Of a stretch of DNA of 48,156 nt, positions 1 to 9,416 are shown piece by piece. The DNA is taken from positions 1 through 48,156 of the IMG/VR virus record IMGVR_UViG_3300020045_001961. One strand, 5' to 3'. The DNA is from a virus. Taxonomy: Duplodnaviria > Caudoviricetes. Position 1 is the stretch's first letter, and each line of letters opens with the position of its first letter. The position numbers and the translations under genes were made by a program. The notes beneath the pieces are model-generated. The model was not told the DNA's origin and made no database searches. It saw only the letters and a list, made by a program, of their open reading frames with translations.

Positions 1-26
1 AGAACCTTGTGATAATCTTGCCACAC

Positions 27-55
27 TTGACTGAGGCAACTGAGACACCTATATT
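27..55 (+). promoter_or_regulatory. sigma70-like promoter TTGACT-N17-TATATT
   Basis: Canonical hexamers with 17-nt spacer ending in ACACC, like the other phage promoters. Confidence 0.5.
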
Positions 56-222
56 AAAGCTGGACAGAGAATCACCTCTGACCTTAAGGTTTAATTCAGA
101 GAGAGTTAATCTTAGCGACAAGATAGCGTAGGGGGACATACTCCATATAGTAGTTGACTGTATACAAACACATAAAAGTCTGCTAAGTGAAATATTTATT
201 TTCACTGTATATAAATCTACCC

Positions 223-253
223 TTGACAAGTAGCTTTGTGTACACCATATAAG
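223..253 (+). promoter_or_regulatory. Phage promoter, TGTRTACAC class
   Basis: TTGACAAGTAGCTTTGTGTACACCATATAAG; near-identical to the copy at 1148. Confidence 0.65.
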
Positions 254-527
254 ATAGTATATCCCTTCTATACTATAGTACCAAAACTACAAGAAACAGT
301 AGTTAAGATTGTTGTACAACACAATACAAAGTAAAGAATCTTAAAGTCTTAACTACTAGAAACTGTAGAATAACACTATTGTATAGAAGAAAACTAAACT
401 TGTATTGTTGTCAGACAAGAATTGTCGTTGTTAAGTAGAGAAGGAAGAGGGAAGCAAAGCTTCTTATAAGATTCTATCTTCGTAGTATCTAAGACAGTCT
501 TATACTATATGTGTTGTTAAATAAAAC

Positions 528-1049
528 ATGAACACATATCTAAACTTCACTTATAAAGAACTTGTTGCCTCATACCAGTATGACCAGATCAAGGGTATTA
601 TACTATCTGTTAAGACAGGTAAGCAGATTGGTAGTGATAATGGGTCTGGATTGGTTATCAGTAGGAGAAAAGGGGATAAGACAGTAAACCTATCTTCTGG
701 GTTACTAGCTTACTTCTTGTTGCACAAAGTCGATACTTCTGGAAAGAAGATCAGATACGTCGATGGCAACTATCGTAACCTTAGACCTGACAACCTAGTG
801 TTGTGCAATAAAGAGTTTGTAATGAACTCTACCCCTGACACTAGAGCAGAGATTATTAAGACAGAAGTTAAAGGTGTTATTTATAATCCTAACTCTGGTC
901 ACTATGTTGCTCAAAGAGGGTCAAAGCAGGCTATTTATCGTACTTTTGATAAAAATGAAGCAATTATGATCAGAAAAGAGTGGGAACTGAATAAAACCAT
1001 TCATAAATGGGATAAAACCTTTAATTATGCTGAATATGGGGTGTTTTGA
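528..1049 (+). CDS. Degenerate HNH endonuclease-like protein with AP2-like C-terminal domain
   Basis: LLAYFLLH...IRYVDGNYRNLRPDNL resembles the HNH_3 core but with DH replaced by RY; KGVIYN...YVAQ...EAIMIRK resembles AP2-type tails. Confidence 0.6.
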   Translation: MNTYLNFTYKELVASYQYDQIKGIILSVKTGKQIGSDNGSGLVISRRKGDKTVNLSSGLLAYFLLHKVDTSGKKIRYVDGNYRNLRPDNLVLCNKEFVMNSTPDTRAEIIKTEVKGVIYNPNSGHYVAQRGSKQAIYRTFDKNEAIMIRKEWELNKTIHKWDKTFNYAEYGVF

Positions 1050-1147
1050 TGAATGTGTATACCTCTTGGGGTGTTTACCCTAAATCCAGTTTAACTGGCA
1101 GTATCTTTTAAGTTAAACAGTGTGTTTTTTATACTCTTAGTGAAAAC

Positions 1148-1178
1148 TTGACAAACAGCTTTGTATACACCATATAGT
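1148..1178 (+). promoter_or_regulatory. Phage promoter, TGTATACAC class, driving the ncRNA/terminase operon
   Basis: TTGACAAACAGCTTTGTATACACCATATAGT. Confidence 0.65.
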
Positions 1179-1185
1179 ATAACTA

Positions 1186-1640
1186 TAGAGCAACCTACAT
1201 AGTTCGACAATATACCATTAAACAACAGGTAGCCGATGCTCTAAACTAATTTGTTACAATACCTCGGACAGAAACAACTCTTGTCCTAGCTTTCGTAACT
1301 TTGTGGGAAATGCAGTTGGTTTTGCCTCCGGTCTCAGGAAGCACAGCTTCTACCAAAACTGTGAAGATAGAGTTCGATTCTCTAGTCCTATGCCAATTCA
1401 GGTCGAGACTATCTGTTCCTTGTCGCGGATAGTGCAACGGTTAAATATCGCATTGAACAAGGTGAAAGAGCCTATAGCCTAATTAGCATAGGACAAATAC
1501 CCCTCACGCCAGAGACGCCGCATATAGCCGCCACCTCGCAACAGTACGGATAGTACAGGCGCACCCCGAGGGGTTACTAAATTTCCCTCTCTGTGTTTAC
1601 CGAGCAGAGTTTGGAGTATATGTAGCTTCGGCTATATCGG
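1186..1640 (+). ncRNA. Candidate structured non-coding RNA with tRNA-like T-arm/acceptor module
   Basis: No credible ORF; many stems; T-arm TAGAG-TTCGATT-CTCTA followed by GTCCTAT-G-CCA; cUUCGg tetraloop near 1626. Confidence 0.55.
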
Positions 1641-1664
1641 TTATCATCCACATAGGAATACAAT

Positions 1665-2057
1665 ATGTCAAATGACCCTAAACCGCATAACCTAGCCATT
1701 GCTACTGAGATTCGTAGGATGATCCGGGCTGGTGTGGCAATTACGGTTATTTTCGACAAGATCAAAGATATGAAGGACGCCCCACGTTCCTATACAACCT
1801 TCTATAAGATTTACCGTAGTGATATCGCTGATGCCCGTGCTAACCTGCATGAAGCTGTTGGTAGTCTCATTATGTCTAAAGCTGTTGTAGATCAGGACTG
1901 GCGGGCCTTAGAGTTTGTCGCCCGCACTAAGATGGGTTGGAGTGAAAAGGTTGTTGTCCAAGAGGCTGACGACACTAACCCAGATGAAAGCACATCAGCT
2001 ATTGATGATCTGATTGCTGCTCTAAACTTAAAGAAAAAAGATAAACCTGTTGAGTAG
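1665..2057 (+). CDS. Putative terminase small subunit
   Basis: Small helical protein upstream of terminase large subunit; ALEFVARTKMGW motif typical of TerS. Confidence 0.7.
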   Translation: MSNDPKPHNLAIATEIRRMIRAGVAITVIFDKIKDMKDAPRSYTTFYKIYRSDIADARANLHEAVGSLIMSKAVVDQDWRALEFVARTKMGWSEKVVVQEADDTNPDESTSAIDDLIAALNLKKKDKPVE

Positions 2058-2655
2058 TAAAGTTTGTAGTGTCTGTAGAGAACATAAACTACATGAAGAT
2101 TTCTCTAACAACAAGAGAGAAAAAGACGGTAAGAGTTCCCGTTGTAAAAAGTGTGTAAACTCTCTTAGAGACAAAGATTACCACAAAAACTACTATAAAA
2201 AGAACAAAGAGGTTGCAGACCAGTACAAGAAAGATTGGTCTGAAAAGAATAAAGAAAAAGTTAAACTCCAAAAGAAGCAAAAGTACAATCTTAATGTAGA
2301 GGCTATTCTTGAAAACAAGAGAAAGTATTACCTTGAGAATCGAGAAAAAATACTTGCTAATAAAAGAGAATACTCTAAGTTAAATCGTAGTAAGAAAAAC
2401 GCTAACGAGGCTAAGAGGCACTCTCGTAAAAACCAAAGAACACCTTCTTGGTTGACAACAGAACATCTTAAGCAGATAGAGGCTTTCTTTTGGTTGTCAA
2501 AAGATTTGTACAGAATCACTGGGGAAGTCTACAACGTAGATCACATAGTACCTTTACAAGGTAAAAACGTATGTGGACTTCATGTACCTTGGAATTTGCA
2601 AGTATTACCTAGAGATTTGAATATCAAAAAGGGTAATAAGTACAATGACTGGTAA
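2050..2655 (+). CDS. HNH homing endonuclease
   Basis: N-terminal CxxC...CxxC, Lys-rich linker, VDHIVPLQGKNVCGLHVPWNLQVL...N core. Confidence 0.9.
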   Translation: MSSKVCSVCREHKLHEDFSNNKREKDGKSSRCKKCVNSLRDKDYHKNYYKKNKEVADQYKKDWSEKNKEKVKLQKKQKYNLNVEAILENKRKYYLENREKILANKREYSKLNRSKKNANEAKRHSRKNQRTPSWLTTEHLKQIEAFFWLSKDLYRITGEVYNVDHIVPLQGKNVCGLHVPWNLQVLPRDLNIKKGNKYNDW

Positions 2656-4027
2656 AAATGGTTTACCTATTCACGCTGACGATCTTAGAGAGATGGGTCA
2701 AGACGTATCAGAACTCCTCTCTACAATGGATGGCAAAAAAGCAGAAGAGTTGAAGTTTACGTGGCCTTTCTGGGCTAGGGAAAATCAAATGCCCCCCGAA
2801 GGTGACTGGAATGTTCACTTTATTAACGCAGGCCGTGGGTTTGGTAAAACTCGTTGCGGCGTTGAACAGTGCAGAGAATGGGTAAAACAAGGTGTTAGAC
2901 GTATTGCTATTATTGCTGCCACAAATTCCGACATTGAACGCACAATGGTTAATGGTGAAAGCGGATTCCTTAATTGCTGTTGGTCAGGTGACAAGACACA
3001 CAAAGGCGTTTTCCTAGGCCTACCTAACTGGTCGCCAACTAAAAGGACTCTAACTTGGGCCAACGGCGCGCAGGCGCAGGCGTTTAGTGCAGAAGAACCC
3101 GAGAGACTTCGGGGGCCACAATTTGAAAAGGCTTGGGCCGATGAGTTAGCTGCTTGGAATCGGGACCGTGACACTTGGGATATGTTGAGTTTTACTCTTC
3201 GTCTTGGTAAAAAACCACAAGTTATTGTTACTACAACCCCCAGACCAACTAAGTTAGTTAGACAGATACTTAAAGACAATAAGACTGTCGTTACAAGCGG
3301 CTCTACTTTTGACAACTCTGCAAACCTTGCTGAGACCTTTATAGCTACAGTAAAAAACCAGTACGAAGGTACTCGTTTGGGTCGTCAAGAACTTTATGCT
3401 GAAATCCTTGATGAAGCCTCTGGTGCCTTGTGGACTAGAGATATGCTTGCTAAGGCAGAGATTGATATAGAAGATACAGTAGAGTTTGCCAAGACTCTTA
3501 ACCGTGTTGTTGTCTCTGTAGACCCCGCTATTACTGCTAACGCTGAATCAGACATGACAGGTATTGTTGTCTCTGGAATAGATGTTAATGGTGTCTGCTA
3601 TGTTCTTAAAGATTACACAGACAGATTTACCCCCGAAGGTTGGGCCTCTAAGGCTATTGAACTCTATTACTTGTACGAAGCAGATCGCATTGTCGCTGAG
3701 AGAAATCAAGGTGGTGATATGGTGCGACATACTCTTAAGACAGTAGATGAAAACATTCCTGTTAAGTTGGTACATGCTTCCCGTGGTAAGTTTGCTAGAG
3801 CAGAACCAGTATCTTCCTTGTATGAGCGCGGTAGAGTTAAACACGCTAAAGGTCTTGATGATTTAGAAGATCAAATGGTTACTTATGAGCCTCTAGGTTC
3901 TACTGGTTCTCCTGACAGACTTGATGCTATGGTTTGGTCTATCACTGAACTTGCTCTAAAAGGTATATCAAGACCAGAACTGAATTTGTCTTACGCGGAT
4001 GCGAAAGGTGTAGCCAGTAAACAATAA
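2645..4027 (+). CDS. terL: Terminase large subunit
   Basis: Walker A AGRGFGKT, LRGPQF...DELAAW Walker B, VTTTPRP motif, C-terminal nuclease with VDPA and PDRLDA. Confidence 0.95.
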   Translation: MTGKNGLPIHADDLREMGQDVSELLSTMDGKKAEELKFTWPFWARENQMPPEGDWNVHFINAGRGFGKTRCGVEQCREWVKQGVRRIAIIAATNSDIERTMVNGESGFLNCCWSGDKTHKGVFLGLPNWSPTKRTLTWANGAQAQAFSAEEPERLRGPQFEKAWADELAAWNRDRDTWDMLSFTLRLGKKPQVIVTTTPRPTKLVRQILKDNKTVVTSGSTFDNSANLAETFIATVKNQYEGTRLGRQELYAEILDEASGALWTRDMLAKAEIDIEDTVEFAKTLNRVVVSVDPAITANAESDMTGIVVSGIDVNGVCYVLKDYTDRFTPEGWASKAIELYYLYEADRIVAERNQGGDMVRHTLKTVDENIPVKLVHASRGKFARAEPVSSLYERGRVKHAKGLDDLEDQMVTYEPLGSTGSPDRLDAMVWSITELALKGISRPELNLSYADAKGVASKQ

Positions 4028-4035
4028 ATACGTAT

Positions 4036-5493
4036 TTGAGGTTGATAATGAGAAAACTCTCGGAACTAGCTGCCAAGATTGAAATTGGTGTATCTGGTAG
4101 GAATACTTACTCAGGCGAAATCCGAGCAGATGAATTTCTCCCAGAACTTAGAGGTAAGAAGGCTATTAAAGCCTATCGCACTATGAGAGATAATGATGCC
4201 GTTATTGGTGCCGTTATGTATACCGTAGAGCAAACTCTAAGAGACGTAAAGATTAAAGTTAAACCTGCTGACGAAAGTGATCAGGCCAAGAGTGAAGCAG
4301 ACTTCCTAAAATCCGTACTGGATGATATGGAACACAGTTTAGATGATCATATTTCTGAGGCACTGTCTGCCTTGACTTATGGCTTCTCTTGGTTTGAGAC
4401 TATCTACAAGCGTAGAGGCGGTAATACTAACTCTGCTAAAAAGAACTCTCTATACGATGATGGTCGTATCGGTATCCGTAAACTAGCTATCCGTGCCCCT
4501 TGGACCATTGAACAGTTTGTCGTTGACAAAGACAGTGGTGACGTTCTTGGGGTTAAACAAGAATCTATGTGGGGCAAGCCTAATCAGGTTATTCCTATTG
4601 AGAAGTCGGTTTACTACAGAACTACCTCACTAAACAATGATCCCTCCGGCAGATCAGTTCTTCGTAACGCATACACCTCTTATGTGTACTTGAATAAAAT
4701 CCAAGCCTATGAAGCTATTGCTATTGAGCGTGAACTTCATGGTGTCCCTGTTGGTCGTATGCCTGCTGAATATCTGAGTGCTGATGCAACAGATGATCAA
4801 ACTAACCTACGTCAACAGTTTGAACGTATTCTACGTGATTTAAAGAATAACGAGCAAGGTTTTGCTCTCCTTCCCTCTGACCTATATACTGATGCTGATG
4901 GTAAGCCTACTGCACAAAGGTTGATGGACATTGAGTTGATTACCGCTAACGGTAGCCGCTCTATTGATATTGACCCTGTGGTTCGTAGATACCAACACGA
5001 CATTGCCCGCTCTCTTATTGCAGAGTTTCTTATGCTAGGTGGTGGTAGTACTGGTTCCTATGCTCTTAGTAAGTCTAAAACTGATATTTTCCTTCGCTCT
5101 TTGGAAAGCTACATCAATACGATTGTGGACACGCTCAACAAACAACTAGTAAAGCCTCTCTGGATGCTTAATGGCCTTGATACGGCTCTTATGCCCACTC
5201 TGGTTGCTGGTGATGTTGCCCCCCATGATCTTAAAGAGATTGCTGCTTTCTTGCGTAACCTTAACGGTGCAGATATCAAAGTTGCTGGACAGACTGAGGT
5301 TGTTGAAGGTCTTATGGAGATTGCTGAACTCCCCTTCAATAAGGATGAGTACATCAAAAATATGGAAGAAGCTAAACTTGCAGAGGAAAACAAACTAAAG
5401 CAAGAGAATGATCTTGCTGTACAAGCGTTAGCTACAAAGCAACCCGACCCAAAAGCAGAGGCAGTAGCCCCTAAAATCACAGGTAAAAAATAA
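4036..5493 (+). CDS. Portal protein (DUF935-like); likely start ATG 4048
   Basis: Follows TerL; NDPSGRSVLRNAY, EAIAIER and GSYALSKSK motifs. Confidence 0.9.
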   Translation: MRLIMRKLSELAAKIEIGVSGRNTYSGEIRADEFLPELRGKKAIKAYRTMRDNDAVIGAVMYTVEQTLRDVKIKVKPADESDQAKSEADFLKSVLDDMEHSLDDHISEALSALTYGFSWFETIYKRRGGNTNSAKKNSLYDDGRIGIRKLAIRAPWTIEQFVVDKDSGDVLGVKQESMWGKPNQVIPIEKSVYYRTTSLNNDPSGRSVLRNAYTSYVYLNKIQAYEAIAIERELHGVPVGRMPAEYLSADATDDQTNLRQQFERILRDLKNNEQGFALLPSDLYTDADGKPTAQRLMDIELITANGSRSIDIDPVVRRYQHDIARSLIAEFLMLGGGSTGSYALSKSKTDIFLRSLESYINTIVDTLNKQLVKPLWMLNGLDTALMPTLVAGDVAPHDLKEIAAFLRNLNGADIKVAGQTEVVEGLMEIAELPFNKDEYIKNMEEAKLAEENKLKQENDLAVQALATKQPDPKAEAVAPKITGKK

Positions 5494-5876
5494 TGTCAAG
5501 TTTCTCTGACTATCTTGAAAATGGGGTTCTGAACCACTTCTTCCGAAATGTAACCTTAGCCCCTAGTGCTGCTGTTTACCTCGCTTTGTACACTGTTGCC
5601 CCTACTGATGCTGGTGGGGGTACACAGGTTTCTGGCGCAGGGTATGCAAGACAAGCTATTACCTTTGGTGCTGCTTCCGCCGGTGCTATTAGTAATACCT
5701 CTGCTGTATCCTTTACTGCTACGGGTGGCTCATTTGGTACTGTAGTTGCTGTAGGTGTCTTTGACGCCCTTACCGCTGGTAACTTGCTTGCTTGGGGTCC
5801 AATTACCTCTGCTACCATTGGTGATGGCGATACTATCCAGTTTCCTATTGGTGATATTGATATTACCCTTTCTTAA
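5493..5876 (+). CDS. Small beta-rich virion structural protein (fibre/appendage subunit)
   Basis: FSDYLEN...YLALYT.PTDAGGGTQVSG.GYARQ.ITF...GVFDA.TAGNLL family, common in phage structural modules. Confidence 0.7.
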   Translation: MSSFSDYLENGVLNHFFRNVTLAPSAAVYLALYTVAPTDAGGGTQVSGAGYARQAITFGAASAGAISNTSAVSFTATGGSFGTVVAVGVFDALTAGNLLAWGPITSATIGDGDTIQFPIGDIDITLS

Positions 5877-5891
5877 TAAAATGAGAGTCTC

Positions 5892-6956
5892 ATGCCCGAT
5901 ATTGACTTAGAACTAATTAGTCCTACAGCCATTCAGGCTAATGACGTAATGACAGTGCGGCGCGGCACCGGACCTTATTCCATGGCGCTGGTAACACCTG
6001 TGACGGCCCCTGTGGCGGCGCGCATCTACCGCAACAGCAACCAAAGCATTCCGGGAAGCGGTGTGTTTGCCAACCTGTCTTGGACAACGGCGGCCTATGA
6101 GGCCAATGGGGAGTTCTGGACCTCTGGCAGCACGGTCACGATCCCGGAGGATGGATATTACCAGATCACGTCAGAGGCGACGTTTGACGGGTCAGGGCTG
6201 CTGACCGTAGCAACCTCGAACATGGAAATTCTGCGCAACGGCGCGACCGTGATCGGCGAAGATGAGGTGATGGTTGCCATTGGTGCCAAGGTGTCACTGT
6301 TCGTTTTTGCGCAGCGTCTTTTCACCGCCGGGGACACAATTACTGTGCGGGTCAAGCACTCGGACGCCGGGGCGCTGAACATCTTGGCGCAAGGGGACCA
6401 CAGCCCGGATATCATTCTGGCAAAGCTGAACGGGGCCAAAGGGGACGCTGGCCCCGCATCAACAGTGATGTTCGCCCGACTTCCAGCTGACTTTACGCTG
6501 TTGACGCAAACTGCATCGCAGCAGTTGTTCGACACATCGGCGGCCGGCGCTTTGGCGCTGGACGTGGGCGTGTACAGCTTCGAGGCTGCGATTTACCTGA
6601 CCGGGCTGTCTGCCACAAGCGGAAACGGCAACTTTAACGTGTTGGGGGCTGGTACGGCGACGACTGGCAAATACCTGATGCAGTCGGTCGGCGTCGATAA
6701 CAATACAGCACTTGCGACGGCAGCGCGTGGCGGTGCGGGTTCGGTTAGCAGCACAGTAAAACTGTCGACAAATGCTACAGGCACAGGCGTTTTTGCAGTC
6801 ATAACTGGTCACTTTGAGGTCACATCGGCTGGAACGATCATCCCGTCAATCGCGCTGGACGATCTGCCCACAGCGCCCGTCGCCAAGGCTGGCACTACGT
6901 TCCGATGCACTCGCATGGCCGATACCGTGGTGAACACGCAGGGGACGTGGACCTAA
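5892..6956 (+). CDS. Fibre/receptor-binding-like protein with C1q/TNF-like domains (high-GC body)
   Basis: VTIPEDGYYQIT...GDTITVRV beta-sandwich, GAKGDAGP collagen-like linker; codon usage differs from the rest of the genome. Confidence 0.6.
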   Translation: MPDIDLELISPTAIQANDVMTVRRGTGPYSMALVTPVTAPVAARIYRNSNQSIPGSGVFANLSWTTAAYEANGEFWTSGSTVTIPEDGYYQITSEATFDGSGLLTVATSNMEILRNGATVIGEDEVMVAIGAKVSLFVFAQRLFTAGDTITVRVKHSDAGALNILAQGDHSPDIILAKLNGAKGDAGPASTVMFARLPADFTLLTQTASQQLFDTSAAGALALDVGVYSFEAAIYLTGLSATSGNGNFNVLGAGTATTGKYLMQSVGVDNNTALATAARGGAGSVSSTVKLSTNATGTGVFAVITGHFEVTSAGTIIPSIALDDLPTAPVAKAGTTFRCTRMADTVVNTQGTWT

Positions 6957-6996
6957 GCACGTTAATAAAAATCTTTAGCACTAGGAGTTTAATACT

Positions 6997-7560
6997 GTGT
7001 TAATTAAACTCGGTGCTGATCAGCTAAAACTAGGTGCAGATAATCTAGTACTTGGTGCTACTGGCGGGGTAACTCTAGATAGGTCACTTAGCGTAGCCTC
7101 CACCTCTACTGTAGCTGTTTCCCGGCTAGTTATACGAACAAGAGTCGTAGCTGTATCTGGTACCTCTGGCGTAATTATTTCTAGGGTTGTTTCAAGACTA
7201 AGAAACACCAACATAACCCCTTCTACTTCTTTTGTTGTAAACAGAGAGGTTGTTCGCACAAGGAGTATAGCTAATGTAGCTGTATCCTCTTTCAGCGCCA
7301 TAAGGGTAAAGGCTTCCTTAAGAAACACCCTAATCAACTCTACCTCAAACGTAGTTGTCTCTCGTGTATCCTCTGTAAAAAGATCAACTCTTGTTCTTGA
7401 GGAAACCACACTAACAGCCACTTACGTTATCGTATCTAGTTCTAATACAACCTACACCATTGTAGGACAAGTCAATCAAAAAGATATTGTGGCTTTTCTG
7501 CAAAGCAAATCCATTGTAGGTAAAACTACCCCAATAAATACAATTACGGGATTAGCATAG
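6997..7560 (+). CDS. Ser/Thr/Val-rich repetitive structural protein
   Basis: ~20-aa repeats of the type R..V..TS.V.V.R; SD AGGAG upstream. Confidence 0.6.
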   Translation: MLIKLGADQLKLGADNLVLGATGGVTLDRSLSVASTSTVAVSRLVIRTRVVAVSGTSGVIISRVVSRLRNTNITPSTSFVVNREVVRTRSIANVAVSSFSAIRVKASLRNTLINSTSNVVVSRVSSVKRSTLVLEETTLTATYVIVSSSNTTYTIVGQVNQKDIVAFLQSKSIVGKTTPINTITGLA

Positions 7561-7561
7561 C

Positions 7562-7921
7562 ATGTCTGCACAAGTTGATATCACAGAGTTTTACAAAGGT
7601 GAGTTGCTTGAAGCGAACTTTCTTGCTAAAAACAGAGATAACACTCCTTTAACATCACCGGGTTCTGCAACAGTAAGTATGACGATAAGTGAAACTCTAT
7701 CAGGATCACCCCTAGTTGCTTTTACTACCTCAACGGGTCAGATCAGTCTTACGGATATTCCTACGGCATCTTATCTGATTAGACTAAGCCCCACAGACTT
7801 AATTCTACTGACTGAGAACAAAACCTACTACTACAACATTTGGACTTGGCAAACCTCTACAGAGAAAACTCTGCAAGCAGATGGTCGCTTTATCCTAAAG
7901 AACTCTATTGAGCCGAGTTAA
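7562..7921 (+). CDS. Ig-like adaptor protein (BppU N-terminal-like)
   Basis: FYKGE...IRLSPTD...YYYNIW...GRFIL pattern. Confidence 0.5.
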   Translation: MSAQVDITEFYKGELLEANFLAKNRDNTPLTSPGSATVSMTISETLSGSPLVAFTTSTGQISLTDIPTASYLIRLSPTDLILLTENKTYYYNIWTWQTSTEKTLQADGRFILKNSIEPS

Positions 7922-7923
7922 GC

Positions 7924-8304
7924 ATGATTATGAAAGCTGAAATCCTTAAGAGGGATGAAGATCAAAGACTTGTTTGGGGTTGGGCTTATGTTAGCACAGT
8001 CTTAGGGGAAGTCAGTAAAGACCATTCCGGTGAATGGATCAAGCCACAAGAATTAGTAAAAGCCGCTACAGACTTTATGTTAGATGTTAGGGTGGCTAAG
8101 GCTATGCACAATGGGGATAAGGTAGGTGAAGTTGTTCACTCTATGCCCATTACCAAAGAGTTGTCAGAAGCACTAGGTATTACCTCTGACAGAGAGGGTT
8201 GGATTTTATGTATGAAGATACATGATGATACGACTTGGAACCTAGTTAAATCTGGCAAACTGTCGGCTTTTAGTATTGGGGGCCGCGCATTGAGAGGGTC
8301 GTAA
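7924..8304 (+). CDS. XkdF-like putative prohead serine protease
   Basis: LVWGWAYV...DHSGE...MH...EGW...VKSGKLSAFSIGG. Confidence 0.8.
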   Translation: MIMKAEILKRDEDQRLVWGWAYVSTVLGEVSKDHSGEWIKPQELVKAATDFMLDVRVAKAMHNGDKVGEVVHSMPITKELSEALGITSDREGWILCMKIHDDTTWNLVKSGKLSAFSIGGRALRGS

Positions 8305-8305
8305 A

Positions 8306-9010
8306 ATGACTGAATTAACTAACCTTGAACTGTTTGAGGTTTCTCTAGTTGATGCAGGGGATGATCCTCTTGCTAGAGTGGCAATCTTCAAACGTGCCCC
8401 TGAAAGGGATAAAATGACTGACGAAGAACTTAAAGCAAAAGAACTTGCCGAGCAAGCCAAAATGGAAGCTGCGCAAGTAGAAAAGACTGCTCTTGAGACT
8501 CAAGTTACTGACCTGACTAAGAGTCTGGAAGAAGTGACTAAAGAGTTGAATGACTTGAAGGCAGAGACTCTTGCAAAAGAAAAGCCTAAAGACGAAATGA
8601 TTGAGATTAATGGCACTATGATTGCCAAAGCCCTCATTCCCGCCCCTGTCCTTAAAGAATTGGAAGATGTTCGTAAAGAGCGTGAAGTGCAAGACCTGCA
8701 TAAACGTGCTGAGACGTTGCTCCCCAACTTTAAAGGTACTATCGAACAACGCGGTAAGTTGCTAAAATCTGTTGGTTCTGATGCAGAACTTCTGGAAATG
8801 CTTTCTGCTTGTGACGCCCTCTTTGCTACTCTTATGAGTGAGGTCGGTAAGGCTGATATTGAAGGTTCTATGAAAGAGCCGGGGGAGAAGCTGAATGATT
8901 TAGCAAAACAGTATGCCACTGAAAAGGGTGTTACTTTCGAAAAAGGTTTCTCTGCTGTGATTAAAACCGCAGAAGGTAAAGCCCTCTACAACCAATCTAA
9001 CAAGAAATAA
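8306..9010 (+). CDS. Capsid scaffolding protein
   Basis: EVSLVD N-terminus, coiled-coil, located between protease and capsid genes. Confidence 0.7.
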   Translation: MTELTNLELFEVSLVDAGDDPLARVAIFKRAPERDKMTDEELKAKELAEQAKMEAAQVEKTALETQVTDLTKSLEEVTKELNDLKAETLAKEKPKDEMIEINGTMIAKALIPAPVLKELEDVRKEREVQDLHKRAETLLPNFKGTIEQRGKLLKSVGSDAELLEMLSACDALFATLMSEVGKADIEGSMKEPGEKLNDLAKQYATEKGVTFEKGFSAVIKTAEGKALYNQSNKK

Positions 9011-9022
9011 GGAGATACTATT

Positions 9023-9391
9023 TTGGCATACATGAATGATGTTAAAACTCGCACCTTTGAAGCTGGTGTGGCCCTTCCTACGCAGTTCCTTTTTGTAGTC
9101 CAAGCCGCTGATGGTCAAGTTGACCCGGTGGGTACTATCGGTACTCGTAGTGACGGTGTGTTGCTGACCCCCGCTGCTGCTGTAGGTGACGCTGTGACTG
9201 TGGCTTATGATGGCCGCGTTAAGGTGCTTGCTGGTGGTGTGATTGCCCGTGGTGGCCCTGTGACTGCCTCTGCTGTAGGCCGTGGTGTTGCTGCTACTAC
9301 TGGTCATATTATCCAAGGGTATGCAGAAGAAGCCGCTGTAAACAACCAGATTATCACGGTTCGTTTGACCCGCGCTGATACCGTAGCCTAA
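9023..9391 (+). CDS. Capsid cement/decoration protein (DUF2190-like)
   Basis: Small Ala/Gly/Val-rich protein immediately before the major capsid gene. Confidence 0.75.
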   Translation: MAYMNDVKTRTFEAGVALPTQFLFVVQAADGQVDPVGTIGTRSDGVLLTPAAAVGDAVTVAYDGRVKVLAGGVIARGGPVTASAVGRGVAATTGHIIQGYAEEAAVNNQIITVRLTRADTVA

Positions 9392-9416
9392 TTTAGCCTA
9401 GAGTAAAGGATATAAA

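Noticed and set aside
1396-1480. Group I intron core or HDV/theta/pistol ribozyme
   Set aside because: GAGACTA resembles the R element but the P7 partner is mismatched (TAGCC); the nested topologies of these ribozymes could not be built
1340-1640. Two-piece tmRNA or functional tRNA-Trp
   Set aside because: No G3:U70 pair, no tag-like ORF ending in Ala-Ala, and no upstream acceptor strand or D-arm; kept only as a tRNA-like module
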